Shown here: positions 25,199-34,617 of the stretch, in pieces | How the letters are laid out: the number at the start of each line of letters is the position of its first letter | Numbering within the stretch: the first letter of the stretch is position 1 | Assembly (NCBI GenBank): GCA_001029675.1 | Contig: CP011210.1 | Coordinates: forward strand, 256,193-320,192 | Length of the DNA stretch: 64,000 nucleotides | Source: Candidatus Beckwithbacteria bacterium GW2011_GWC1_49_16 | GTDB taxonomy: Bacteria > Patescibacteriota > Microgenomatia > UBA1400 > CG1-02-47-37 | Direction of reading: 5' to 3' | Notes under the pieces: model-generated | The model's input: the letters and a program-made list of their open reading frames with translations, nothing else | Databases searched by the model: none | Told to the model about the DNA's origin: nothing | Position numbers and translations under genes: made by a program

Positions 25199-27184
25199 AT
25201 GAAATTAATTGTGGTGGAGAGTCCGACAAAGGCCAAGACATTGTCTCGATTTTTAGGGGAAGACTATCAGATTGAGGCGTCGATGGGGCACATCAAGGAT
25301 TTACCTAAGAGCAAGTTGGGAGTCGATCTTGAAAAAAACTTTTTGCCCGACTACCAGGTAATCGAGGGCAAGAAAAAAGTGGTGGCGGCCTTGAAAAAGG
25401 CGGCCAATGGGGTAAGCGGGGTGATTTTAGCCACTGACCCGGACCGGGAAGGAGAAGCGATTGCGCGTCATGTTCAAGAGGTGTTGGGCGCAAATAACCA
25501 ATTTTCAAACTCCAATTTTCAAAGAATCGTCTTTCATGAGATTACTAAAACAGCGGTGTTGGGGGCGTTGGCGCACCCGGGAAAGGTGGATTTAAAGCTG
25601 GTAGATGCCCAAACCGCCCGCAGGGTTTTGGACCGGTTGGTTGGATATAAATTGTCGCCAATTTTATGGAAAAAGGTTCGTAGAGGTCTATCTGCCGGTA
25701 GGGTACAAAGCGTGGCAGTACGCTTAATTGTTGAGCGGGAGAAAGAAATCGAGGCTTTTTCGGCTATCGAGTATTGGGAGATTAAAGCACATCTTCGCGC
25801 GACCAAAGGCGAGGTTTGGTTTGATTTGGTTAAGGTCAATGGCAAGAAGCTTGAAGTGGGGAATAAAGAGCAAGCAGATAAGATTGTTGAGGATCTTGAA
25901 AAGGCTAAGTATAGACTAATAGAGGTAGCGGAGAAAGAGGTCAAGCGTTATCCAGCGCCGCCACTGATTACCTCGACTTTGCAGAGGAGTGCGGGCAATA
26001 GGTTTGGTTGGAGCGCCAAAAAGACTATGAGAGAGGCCCAAAGACTGTACGAAGAGGGTTTGATTACCTATCATCGGACAGATAGCGTTAATTTATCTGT
26101 GGTTGCTGTGGAAAAGGTGAGGAAAATGATTGAGGAAAGATACGGAGGCGAGTATTTGCCGGAAAAAGCGGTTTTTTATAAAGCCAAGTCTAAAATGGTC
26201 CAAGGAGCACACGAAGCGATACGGCCTACTGGGCTAAGCACAAAACATGAAGCACGAAGCACGAAACTAGGCAAAGGCGCGGTTTTGCTTTACCGGTTGA
26301 TTTGGGATAGGTTTGTGGCATCACAAATGAAGCCGGCAATAGTCAAAAGAACTATTGCCACTGGTGAAGCGAAAACGGACTCACTTTATTTATTTAAAGC
26401 GAAGGGCGAGCGGTTGGTGTTTGACGGCTGGTCAAAAATCAACGAAAAAATTAATTTACTGACAGTTCAGGAATTACCTCAACTAACAGAGGGAGAAGCG
26501 CTTCAATTAATTAAATTACAACCGGAGCAAAAATTTACCCAACCGCCGGCCCGCTTTACCGAAGCCAGTTTAATTAAAGAATTGGAGCAAAAGGGAATTG
26601 GCAGGCCGTCTACTTATGCGCCGATTATTTCTACCATTCTAATGCGTCAGTACGTAGAAAAAGAAGAAAGGAGTTTGAAGCCGACGGTGATTGGATTGAC
26701 GGTGACGGAGTTTTTGCTTAAACACTTCGCGGGCGTGATGGATTACGAGTTTACGGCTAAAATGGAAAACAATTTGGATCGGGTGGCGGAGGGCAAAGTG
26801 GTTTGGGTCAAGGTGGTAGAGGAGTTTTATCGGCCTTTTTCCGAGAGGCTAACCAAAACTGAGGAAAATGCCAAGAGGGTTAAAATCGCGGTAGAAAAAA
26901 CCGGTGAGGCCTGCCCGGAGTGTAAACAAGGCCTGCCTGCCGGCAGGCAGGGAGAGGTGGTAGTCAGAACCGGAAGGTTTGGCAAGTTTTTATCTTGCTC
27001 GCGGTTTCCGGAGTGCAAATACACGGCTAATTTCAAAGAGGTGGTCAGCGGAGTGGTTTGCGACAAGTGCGGCGGCCAGGTGGTGGTGAAAAAGACCAAA
27101 AAGGGTAAAAAGTTTTACGGTTGCGCCAATTACCCCAAGTGCGATTGGGCCAGCTGGAGCAAGCCCAAACCAAACAAAAGTTGA
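25199..27184 (+). CDS. topA: DNA topoisomerase I
   Basis: LIVVESPTKAKT, ATDPDREGEAI, SAGRVQS, ITYHRTDS and C-terminal Zn ribbons. Confidence 0.97.
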   Translation: MKLIVVESPTKAKTLSRFLGEDYQIEASMGHIKDLPKSKLGVDLEKNFLPDYQVIEGKKKVVAALKKAANGVSGVILATDPDREGEAIARHVQEVLGANNQFSNSNFQRIVFHEITKTAVLGALAHPGKVDLKLVDAQTARRVLDRLVGYKLSPILWKKVRRGLSAGRVQSVAVRLIVEREKEIEAFSAIEYWEIKAHLRATKGEVWFDLVKVNGKKLEVGNKEQADKIVEDLEKAKYRLIEVAEKEVKRYPAPPLITSTLQRSAGNRFGWSAKKTMREAQRLYEEGLITYHRTDSVNLSVVAVEKVRKMIEERYGGEYLPEKAVFYKAKSKMVQGAHEAIRPTGLSTKHEARSTKLGKGAVLLYRLIWDRFVASQMKPAIVKRTIATGEAKTDSLYLFKAKGERLVFDGWSKINEKINLLTVQELPQLTEGEALQLIKLQPEQKFTQPPARFTEASLIKELEQKGIGRPSTYAPIISTILMRQYVEKEERSLKPTVIGLTVTEFLLKHFAGVMDYEFTAKMENNLDRVAEGKVVWVKVVEEFYRPFSERLTKTEENAKRVKIAVEKTGEACPECKQGLPAGRQGEVVVRTGRFGKFLSCSRFPECKYTANFKEVVSGVVCDKCGGQVVVKKTKKGKKFYGCANYPKCDWASWSKPKPNKS

Positions 27185-27215
27185 TTTGGGCGGGTGATTT
27201 TAGTACATTTGATTG

Positions 27216-28628
27216 ATGGCAAAAAAGCGAGGACGCTTAGTTGTGCGGTATGGGCCGATGTGGTCGGATAAAACCAGTTGGTTAATAAAGCAGTTTGGTA
27301 AAGTGGCTGACACATTGGCTTTTAAGCCCGATATTGATACCAGGTATACTAGAAAGCCGGTTTTAAGGACTCACGATGGAAAGAGCGTGCCGGCAGTAAT
27401 GGTGCCAATTGATCAACCAGAAAAGATTTTCGAGGCAGTAAAAAGAAAACGGGGGGTAATAAAACGAGTGCTGATTGATGAAACTAACTTTTTTTCTGGT
27501 GGTTTGGTGAAAGTAGTTAGAAATTTGATTGGAATGGGGATTGATGTTTATACTGCTGGGTTAATCTTGGATACCGACCTGCAAGACTTTGGTCCAACCA
27601 GGAAGTTAACTAGGATGGCCGATGAGGTGGTAGAAAGTTTTGCTAGGTGTGATTTTATGTTTTTAACTGGTAGGTGTGGGAGGAGAGCCAGGTTTAACTA
27701 TTTTAAAGCAAAAAAGGATACGCAAATTGTGGTGGGGGCCGATGAGTTGTACGGCGTAGCCTGTGAAGATCATTATCAGGCCCTTCACTTTAAGACTGGT
27801 AGTCAAAAACAGTGGTGGTCAAGAATTAAGAAGCTGGTTGGGGCTAATCACCAAAAGAGCGACTGGAGTTGGTTTAGGCGATTAAAGTTACCGTCTAAGA
27901 AAAGGAGGCCGTTAAAGTTTTCCTTTGACCGGTGGCCAAGAATCGAAGTAGTAGCAGACAGTATGCGGGTGGGTAAAACTACGGCGGCTAGGGCTTTGGG
28001 TATAGAGCTTAAAAAACTGGGTCTGCCAGTAAGAGTCAGTTTAGAGGATTGGTCGAATAATCCCTATTTGGAAAAGAGTTACCTTGATTCGTCGGAATGG
28101 ATACTTTTGTCACAAGAGTGGTTTGCTAAGAAAAAATTTGAGCAAATTAAACGTGGAGAGAAAGAAGCAATATTTATTCAGGATGTTAGTCCGGAGATGG
28201 ATTTTGCTTATGCTTTGACCAATGTGCTCATGGGTAGGATGTCAAAGGAGCATTTTAAGGATTACTTTAAGTTCTATTCTAGCCACAAATGGGAAAATCT
28301 GCCGGCTCCAGACGTATTGGTTTATTTGACGATTAGCGATGAAGCCTTAGTGAAAAGGGCGTTGGAGAGTGTTAGGGATCTGGAGAAGATTGATCCATCA
28401 TATTTTTTGTTGATGCGAGCGGTTAATCGAACCTGGCTGGCTGATTCAGACCATATGACGGTGGTTAATATTGATACTGACGACCTTGATTTTTCTAAAG
28501 AAGGCCCGGCTAGAAAAGCCTTAGCCGGGCAGGTTTTAAAAAAACTACACGATTTAGGCTGGAAGTGGGATAATAGTTTTACTGCTGAGATGAAAAGGCA
28601 GGATTGGTTTGCTATGGTAGCAATATGA
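27216..28628 (+). CDS. Thymidine kinase-deoxynucleoside kinase fusion
   Basis: N-half is TK1-type (GPMWSDKT, FKPDIDTRY, IDETNFF, IVVGADELY..ACEDH). C-half is dNK-type (RVGKTT, NPYLEKSY, PDVLVYL). Confidence 0.82.
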   Translation: MAKKRGRLVVRYGPMWSDKTSWLIKQFGKVADTLAFKPDIDTRYTRKPVLRTHDGKSVPAVMVPIDQPEKIFEAVKRKRGVIKRVLIDETNFFSGGLVKVVRNLIGMGIDVYTAGLILDTDLQDFGPTRKLTRMADEVVESFARCDFMFLTGRCGRRARFNYFKAKKDTQIVVGADELYGVACEDHYQALHFKTGSQKQWWSRIKKLVGANHQKSDWSWFRRLKLPSKKRRPLKFSFDRWPRIEVVADSMRVGKTTAARALGIELKKLGLPVRVSLEDWSNNPYLEKSYLDSSEWILLSQEWFAKKKFEQIKRGEKEAIFIQDVSPEMDFAYALTNVLMGRMSKEHFKDYFKFYSSHKWENLPAPDVLVYLTISDEALVKRALESVRDLEKIDPSYFLLMRAVNRTWLADSDHMTVVNIDTDDLDFSKEGPARKALAGQVLKKLHDLGWKWDNSFTAEMKRQDWFAMVAI

Positions 28629-29383
28629 AAAAACAACCGTGGTGGCAAGATCTTAAGAAAATTGGTAGCTGGCCGCTTGGTTGGTTAGCCGAAGTTGAAT
28701 TTCCTGACCAGAGGAAAGCTCAAAAGGAAAAGGGTAGAAAGTGGCCGAGAATTGAAGTGGGAGGCGACACCATGCGGGTGGGTAAAACCACGGCGGCAGT
28801 GGTGTTAAATGAACAGTTTAAGAGGAGGGGTCTGTCGGTTAATTTATCTGACGAAGATTGGCAGTCAAATCCATATTTGTTTGAAAGTTATCGGGATTCT
28901 TCCAAGACGATTTTTGAGTCGCAAAAATGGTTTGCTCAACGTAAGTATGAACAGTTAGGCAGGGAAAATAACTCGATTATGATTCAGTGCGTTCATCCGG
29001 AAATGGATTTTTGCTACGCTTTGACCAACGCGATTATGGGCAAGATGAATCAACGCCATTTTAAAGCCTATATGAGAGTTTATCTGTCTTTGGGGTGGGA
29101 TAAAATTGCGGCGCCTGATTTACTTGTTTATGTCACTGCCAGCGATGATATTTTAGTCAATCGAGCCCAACGGTCAGCGAGAGATTTTGAAGTAATTGAT
29201 CCGGAATATCTTTTGGTGATGAAGTTTTTAAACCAAACTTGGCTCAGTGGAGCTAAAAAGAGAATGGAGGTGTTAGTGATAGATACTGACAATTTTAACT
29301 TTGCCCTCAACCAGAAATCCAGAAAGGAGTTGTCTGACCAAGTGATTAAAAAACTAAAGCAGAGAGGTTGGAGATTAAAGTGA
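28625..29383 (+). CDS. Deoxynucleoside kinase-family protein (paralogue of upstream C-domain)
   Basis: WPRIEVGGDTMRVGKTT, NPYLFESY, PEMDFCYALTN, PDLLVYV and IDTDNFNF motifs. Confidence 0.82.
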   Translation: MKKQPWWQDLKKIGSWPLGWLAEVEFPDQRKAQKEKGRKWPRIEVGGDTMRVGKTTAAVVLNEQFKRRGLSVNLSDEDWQSNPYLFESYRDSSKTIFESQKWFAQRKYEQLGRENNSIMIQCVHPEMDFCYALTNAIMGKMNQRHFKAYMRVYLSLGWDKIAAPDLLVYVTASDDILVNRAQRSARDFEVIDPEYLLVMKFLNQTWLSGAKKRMEVLVIDTDNFNFALNQKSRKELSDQVIKKLKQRGWRLK

Positions 29384-30033
29384 GAAAACAGCAGGGTAAG
29401 TTGATAGTTTTTGAGGGAATCGACGGTTCGGGTAAAGCCACGCAGGCAAAGTTATTGTTTAATTATTTAAAGAAGAGAAAAGTGGCTGTGGAGGAGATTG
29501 CTTTTCCAAGATATGACACCATTCACGGCCAGGTAGTTAAGCGGATGCTTCAGGGTGAGTTTGGTAAAAGCGTTAATCCCTATCTGGCCTGTTTGCCGTT
29601 TGCTTTGGACAGGTTGATGGCTAGAGATATGATCAAAAATTGGCTGGCTCAGGACAAACTAGTGATTGCCGACCGGTATGTGACGGCTAGTATGGTGCAT
29701 TTATCAGCTTTTTTACCGCAGGATAAGCAGCAGCGGAAGTTTATGGACTGGGTGGCGATACTTGAGTATCAGATTCATGGTTTACCGCTGGAGAACTTAG
29801 TGGTTTTACTGAAAGTGCCGGCGAGATTAAGCCAGAAGTTAATGGTAAAAAAAGACATGGTGGAGAAAGATTTAATTTATCAAAAACGGGTTTATAACCA
29901 GTATCAACAGATGGCTAAAAAATTTGGGCATTGGGTAGTGGTCGAGTGCGTTGATAAAAAAGAGGAGATTTTGCCCAAAAGTGAGGTCCACCAGAGGGTG
30001 CTTGAGGCATTAAAGAGAAGAAAGATAATTTAG
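29380..30033 (+). CDS. tmk: Thymidylate kinase
   Basis: IVFEGIDGSGKATQ, FPRY, FALDR and IADRY motifs. Confidence 0.9.
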   Translation: MRKQQGKLIVFEGIDGSGKATQAKLLFNYLKKRKVAVEEIAFPRYDTIHGQVVKRMLQGEFGKSVNPYLACLPFALDRLMARDMIKNWLAQDKLVIADRYVTASMVHLSAFLPQDKQQRKFMDWVAILEYQIHGLPLENLVVLLKVPARLSQKLMVKKDMVEKDLIYQKRVYNQYQQMAKKFGHWVVVECVDKKEEILPKSEVHQRVLEALKRRKII

Positions 30034-30036
30034 GGC

Positions 30037-30138
30037 TTGACAAGCCCCCATCGGGTTTGGTAACTTTAAATCCCAGAGCCACTGGTTGCCTCACGGCAAG
30101 CCAACTCTGGTTTTTTTACGGCTCTGAAAGGAGAAAAG
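30037..30138 (+). promoter_or_regulatory. Promoter plus structured leader (hairpin + T7) and strong SD
   Basis: TTGACA-18-TAACTT; hairpin 30073-30110 followed by TTTTTTT; AAAGGAG before the GTG at 30139. Confidence 0.6.
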
Positions 30139-30396
30139 GTGAAGTTTCCGGAAGGAGCGCCGATTCAAATCAAGGGGTTAATGAGTCAAGACGGAGGAGG
30201 AACATTGCCAGTGGACGGAAAAGATGAAGGTAAGGGTCAAGAAGCTTCAGTAAAACCACCCCATTGGACAGCCATTCCAGACGAAGCATATAAGTCATCG
30301 CCCTGGTTAAAAGACCCTAAAGTCTTGGGGGCGAAACAAACTAGGACAAAACCTGCAACGGTAAGAAAGGGCACTAACCCTGCAGGCAATCCGTAA
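30139..30396 (+). CDS. Small orphan protein
   Basis: 85 aa, strong SD, followed by an intrinsic terminator. Confidence 0.55.
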   Translation: MKFPEGAPIQIKGLMSQDGGGTLPVDGKDEGKGQEASVKPPHWTAIPDEAYKSSPWLKDPKVLGAKQTRTKPATVRKGTNPAGNP

Positions 30397-30399
30397 GCG

Positions 30400-30422
30400 A
30401 CCACCCGAGAGGGTGGTTTTTT
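30400..30422 (+). terminator. Intrinsic terminator
   Basis: ACCACCC-GAGA-GGGTGGT followed by a T run. Confidence 0.8.
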
Positions 30423-30461
30423 AAAGTATGAAAGTAAAGCATTAGAAGTTAAATAGTTTAT

Positions 30462-32078
30462 ATGAAGAAGGACTACTACACCAAAGTTTCAAGCTACGAA
30501 GCCAGAATGGGTGAAGTGAAGCGGGTGGTGCTTTTGTATTCTGGGGGTTTGGACACCAGCGTGTTGATGAAGTGGATTCAAGATAAATATAGGGCAGAAG
30601 TGATTGCCCTAACCATAGATTTGGGACAGCAAGGCGACGATTTAGACAAGATCAGAAATAAGGCTTTGAAGCTGGGGGCGAAAAAAGCTTATGTGATTGA
30701 TGCCAAAGACGAGTTTGCTGATGAATATTTGTCGCACATGATTAAGGCCAATGGTTCATATCAGGGGGACTACCATATATCGACAGTGAGTAGGTATTTG
30801 ATGGCCAAACTGGCGATTGTGGTAGCTACCAAAGAGAAGGCTGACGCAGTGGCTCACGGTTGTACCGGAAAAGGTAATGATCAGGTGAGGATTGATTCGA
30901 GCATTTTAACTTTAAACTCCAACGTTAAAATTATTGCGCCAATTAGAGAGTGGGACATGACACGGGAAGCGGAGATCGAATACGCTCAAAAACACCAGAT
31001 TCCTGTGCCGGTAAAGAAAGATTTTCCTTACAGCGTGGATGATAATATGTGGGGAATGACTTGGGAGGGTGGGGAGATTGAAGACCCGGGTAAAATTCCT
31101 CAAATCGACCGGTTTTTGACTGCGTGTAGAACCTTGGACAAGACACCGGATAAACCGCAGATGATTACTTTGGAGTTTAAAAAAGGCGTCCCTTATAAAC
31201 TCAATGGTAAGAGTTATAAGTTAGCAGAGATGATTATGAGGCTTAACAAAATAGCCGGCAGACACGGAGTCGGGGTGGTTCATCATGTGGAAGACAGGCT
31301 AGTGGGCCTAAAAACGAGAGGGGTGTATGAGCATCCCGGTGGTCATACTATTATCCAGGCTCATAAAAATCTAGAGAAGTATGTTTGCACCAGAAGAGAA
31401 AACGAGTTTAAGGAGATTATGGATGTGAGATTTGGCTATCTTTGCTACGGGGCTTTGTGGTTTGACCCAATTATGGATGATATTAGAACTTTGAACGACA
31501 AAATTAACGAAAAGGTAAACGGTAAGGTAACGCTTAGGCTCCATAAAGGCCACGCGACTGTGGTGGCGATGAGGTCGCCTCATGCGCTTCACCACGTGTC
31601 GTTTGAGGACAAGGCGACACCATTTAATGTGATGACCAGTGCGCCTTTTATTGAGGTTTACTCGATGCAGATGAGGTTGTCGCAACAGCGGGGTGAGAAA
31701 AGAGTTTTGTTGTCGATTGGGAGGCAGGGAAATAAAGAAAAATTGTTACCGACTGCCAGGAAGCTTTCTAAGTTGGGTTACGTGATTTTTGCCACTGAAA
31801 AAACTCACAGGTTCTTAACTGAAAATGCGGTGTCCAATTACTTGGTGTATAAAATCAGCGAGAAGAAAGCCCCCAATTTGGGGGTGATGCTTAACGAAAA
31901 GGGGTTTGATCTGATTGTAAACATTCCCACGTCAAGCGTTGACAAGAAAGAAATGACCGACGGCAAGCTGATTCGGCAAAAGGCGGTGGATGATAAAGTG
32001 ACTCTGTTGACGACCGTGGACACAGCCAAGCGCCAGATTGAAAAGCTATATGAAGCTAAATTTGGTAAGCTGGAGTGA
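30462..32078 (+). CDS. argG: Argininosuccinate synthase fused to a C-terminal CarB/CPS-type MGS domain
   Basis: YSGGLDTS, AHGCTGKGNDQVR, YSVDDNMWG and EDRLVGLKTRGVYEHPG. The last ~125 aa (VLLSIG..NKEKLLP..RKL..LGY.IFATEKT...FDLIVNIP...TDGKLIRQKAVD) are MGS-like. Confidence 0.9.
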   Translation: MKKDYYTKVSSYEARMGEVKRVVLLYSGGLDTSVLMKWIQDKYRAEVIALTIDLGQQGDDLDKIRNKALKLGAKKAYVIDAKDEFADEYLSHMIKANGSYQGDYHISTVSRYLMAKLAIVVATKEKADAVAHGCTGKGNDQVRIDSSILTLNSNVKIIAPIREWDMTREAEIEYAQKHQIPVPVKKDFPYSVDDNMWGMTWEGGEIEDPGKIPQIDRFLTACRTLDKTPDKPQMITLEFKKGVPYKLNGKSYKLAEMIMRLNKIAGRHGVGVVHHVEDRLVGLKTRGVYEHPGGHTIIQAHKNLEKYVCTRRENEFKEIMDVRFGYLCYGALWFDPIMDDIRTLNDKINEKVNGKVTLRLHKGHATVVAMRSPHALHHVSFEDKATPFNVMTSAPFIEVYSMQMRLSQQRGEKRVLLSIGRQGNKEKLLPTARKLSKLGYVIFATEKTHRFLTENAVSNYLVYKISEKKAPNLGVMLNEKGFDLIVNIPTSSVDKKEMTDGKLIRQKAVDDKVTLLTTVDTAKRQIEKLYEAKFGKLE

Positions 32079-33055
32079 TGGTTAAAAAAACTGATGGTTG
32101 GGACTTAAAAAGGTTGCTTGTTGAGGAAATTAAAAAGCAGGGCGGCTGGGTTAATACTCATGCTCATTTTGATAGGGCTTATACTATTTCTCCAAAGCTT
32201 CTTAATCAAGCACATGCGCTTATGGAGCGGAAATGGACTTTGGTTGACCCTATGAAACGGGCTTCTAGCGAAGAGGTATATGAGGCGAGAATCGAAAGAG
32301 CTGTGAGGGCGATGATTAGTCAGGGAGTATCTGCTTGTGCGACATTTATTGATGTTGACCCTGTTGCTGGACTTAGAGCAATAAAGGCAGCATTGAAGGT
32401 AAAGAAAAAATACGCCGGGAAAATTACCATGTTGCTTATTAATCAAGTACTTAAGGGTGTAATTGATGAGGACTCGAGACGATGGGCAGAAAAAGCCTTA
32501 GAGTATGTTGATATTATTGGCGGTAATCCTTCTAAAGACCGACCTCAACCCAGAAAACATCTGGATATTGTGTTGGGATGGGCGAAGAAGACGGGCAAGA
32601 TGGTTCATGTACATATAGATCAGGAGAATAATCCGAAAGAACACGACACTGAACTGTTAGCAAGAAAAACAATAGAGCATGGCCTTGAAGGAAAGGTGGT
32701 AGCGGTTCATTCAATTTCAGTCGGGGCTCAACCAAAGAAGAGAAGAAAAGAAATTTACAAGTTGATGAAGGCGGCTGGATTGATGGTTGTCTGTTCGCCT
32801 TCGGCGGCCATTTCCATGAAGCCGTTGTCATACAGAACAGAAATTCACAATAGCATTGCTCCGGTGCCAGAACTTCTAGATGCGGGGATTACTGTAGGGT
32901 TAGGGTGTGATAATATCGGTGATATTTTTCAGCCGCTGGTTGATGGAGATATGTTTACAGAGTTGAGGTTTTTGGCAGAAGCGTGTCGATTTTACGAGCT
33001 TGATCAGCTGGTGAAAATTGCTACTATTAATGGTAAAAAGGTTTTAGGGATTTAA
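32078..33055 (+). CDS. Metal-dependent amidohydrolase, cytosine-deaminase (CodA)-like
   Basis: NTHAHFD, HVHIDQ, AVHS and GLGCDNIGD metal motifs of the amidohydrolase barrel. Confidence 0.85.
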   Translation: MVKKTDGWDLKRLLVEEIKKQGGWVNTHAHFDRAYTISPKLLNQAHALMERKWTLVDPMKRASSEEVYEARIERAVRAMISQGVSACATFIDVDPVAGLRAIKAALKVKKKYAGKITMLLINQVLKGVIDEDSRRWAEKALEYVDIIGGNPSKDRPQPRKHLDIVLGWAKKTGKMVHVHIDQENNPKEHDTELLARKTIEHGLEGKVVAVHSISVGAQPKKRRKEIYKLMKAAGLMVVCSPSAAISMKPLSYRTEIHNSIAPVPELLDAGITVGLGCDNIGDIFQPLVDGDMFTELRFLAEACRFYELDQLVKIATINGKKVLGI

Positions 33056-33056
33056 A

Positions 33057-33977
33057 ATGGCAGATCTAAAAGTAAAGTTTTTAGGATTAACTTTTGCCAA
33101 CCCGCTGGTGATGCCGTCGGGGATTATTCAGGAGATTGGCGACCACGTGCGGGCGGAAAAAGCCGGGGCCGGCGGGGTGACGACGAAATCTTTAACCAAA
33201 GAACCCAGGGAAGGAAATCCCCTGCCGCGGGTGATCAAATATCCCTTTGGGCTGTTGAATTCGGTGGGTTTGAGAAATCCGGGGATCAAAGAAGGGGTTA
33301 AGCAGCTAAAGGAGTTTGTGGCCCAAAGCAAGATTCCGGTGATTGCCAGTGTTTTTTCGGCCAACGTGCCGGATTTTGTCAGTCTGACAGAACAGGTGGT
33401 AACAGCAAAGCCTGATTTTATCGAGCTCAATCTTTCCTGTCCCAACACCACCGACGAGCTGGGCGAGTCGTTGGGCATGGGGGCGGAGTCAACGGAAAAG
33501 TCAGTAGCGGCGGTGAGGCAGGCAGTGGGAAAAAAGATTAAGTTGATCGCCAAGTTGAGTCCGAATGTGGCCAATATCGACCAGGTAGCCAAAGCCGCGT
33601 CTGACGCGGGAGCCGATGCCATTTCCGCCATCAACACCGTCGGCCCGGGGATGGTGATTGATATTGCTACCAAAAAGCCCAGATTGGGCAACAAAAAGGG
33701 GGGAGTGTCCGGGCCGGGAATCAAGCCGGTGGCGGTGCGGTGTGTTTATGATATTTATAAAGCGGTTAAAATTCCGATTATCGGCATGGGCGGGGTGGAG
33801 ACAGTTTTAGACGTAGTGGAGATGATGCTGGCCGGGGCGACGCTGGTGGGGGTGGGGTCGGCTACCTACAGGCACGGTTTTGGGGTGTACCAAAAGATTA
33901 ACCAAGGTTTGGAAAAATACCTGGAAGAGAATAAGATTAAATCATTAGCAGAACTCGTGGGAGGAGCTCATGAATGA
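33057..33977 (+). CDS. pyrD: Dihydroorotate dehydrogenase, class 1
   Basis: TTKS....REGN, NSVGLRNPG, ELNLSCPN, AKLSPN and GGVSGPGIKP motifs. Confidence 0.94.
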   Translation: MADLKVKFLGLTFANPLVMPSGIIQEIGDHVRAEKAGAGGVTTKSLTKEPREGNPLPRVIKYPFGLLNSVGLRNPGIKEGVKQLKEFVAQSKIPVIASVFSANVPDFVSLTEQVVTAKPDFIELNLSCPNTTDELGESLGMGAESTEKSVAAVRQAVGKKIKLIAKLSPNVANIDQVAKAASDAGADAISAINTVGPGMVIDIATKKPRLGNKKGGVSGPGIKPVAVRCVYDIYKAVKIPIIGMGGVETVLDVVEMMLAGATLVGVGSATYRHGFGVYQKINQGLEKYLEENKIKSLAELVGGAHE

Positions 33978-34617
33978 CGTAGTAGCTATCTTAAAAAGAA
34001 TCGGGGCGGTGATCACCAACGATCACTTTGTTTACACTTCCGGCAAGCACGGCGAGGTGTATATCAATAAAGACGCGCTTTACCCGCATACTAAGGAAAC
34101 CAGTGAAGTCTGCCGGATTATGGCGGAAAAGTATAAAGATGCTGATGTAGAGGCGGTGGCGGCTCCGGCCGTGGGCGGAACGATTTTGTCCCAATGGGTG
34201 GCTTATCACTTGAGCCAGATAAAGGGTAAAGAGATTTTGAGCGCCTATACGGAAAAAGACGCCGGCACGACCGCTTCGGCGGCGGAGTCAAAGCAATTGT
34301 TTCGTCGCGGCTACGACGCCGTGGTCAAAGGCAAAAAAGTTTTGGTGGTGGAGGATTTGACTACCACCGGCGGTTCGGTGAAACAGGTAGTCGATTGCGT
34401 GAGAGATGCCGGCGGCGAGGTGGTCGGCGTCTGCGTCATGGTCAACCGCGACCCGGAAAATGTCAATTCCGAGTCAGTCGGGACGCCGTTTACGGCCGCC
34501 GGGGTGCTTAAAGCCGAAGCCTTTGACGAGAAGGACTGCCCGTTTTGTAAACAGGGCAGACCGATTAATACCAAAATCGGCCATGGAAAGAAATACCTGG
34601 AAGAGAAAGGTAAATGA
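33970..34617 (+). CDS. pyrE: Orotate phosphoribosyltransferase
   Basis: HFVYTSGKH..VYI and VLVVEDLTTTGGSV PRPP loop; pyr context. Confidence 0.88.
   Translation: MNDVVAILKRIGAVITNDHFVYTSGKHGEVYINKDALYPHTKETSEVCRIMAEKYKDADVEAVAAPAVGGTILSQWVAYHLSQIKGKEILSAYTEKDAGTTASAAESKQLFRRGYDAVVKGKKVLVVEDLTTTGGSVKQVVDCVRDAGGEVVGVCVMVNRDPENVNSESVGTPFTAAGVLKAEAFDEKDCPFCKQGRPINTKIGHGKKYLEEKGK

Noticed and set aside
33128-33724. 198-aa antisense ORF and similar long antisense ORFs (e.g. 41979-42515, 57550-58002)
   Set aside because: They lie antisense to strongly conserved genes and lack motifs, as expected from codon bias.
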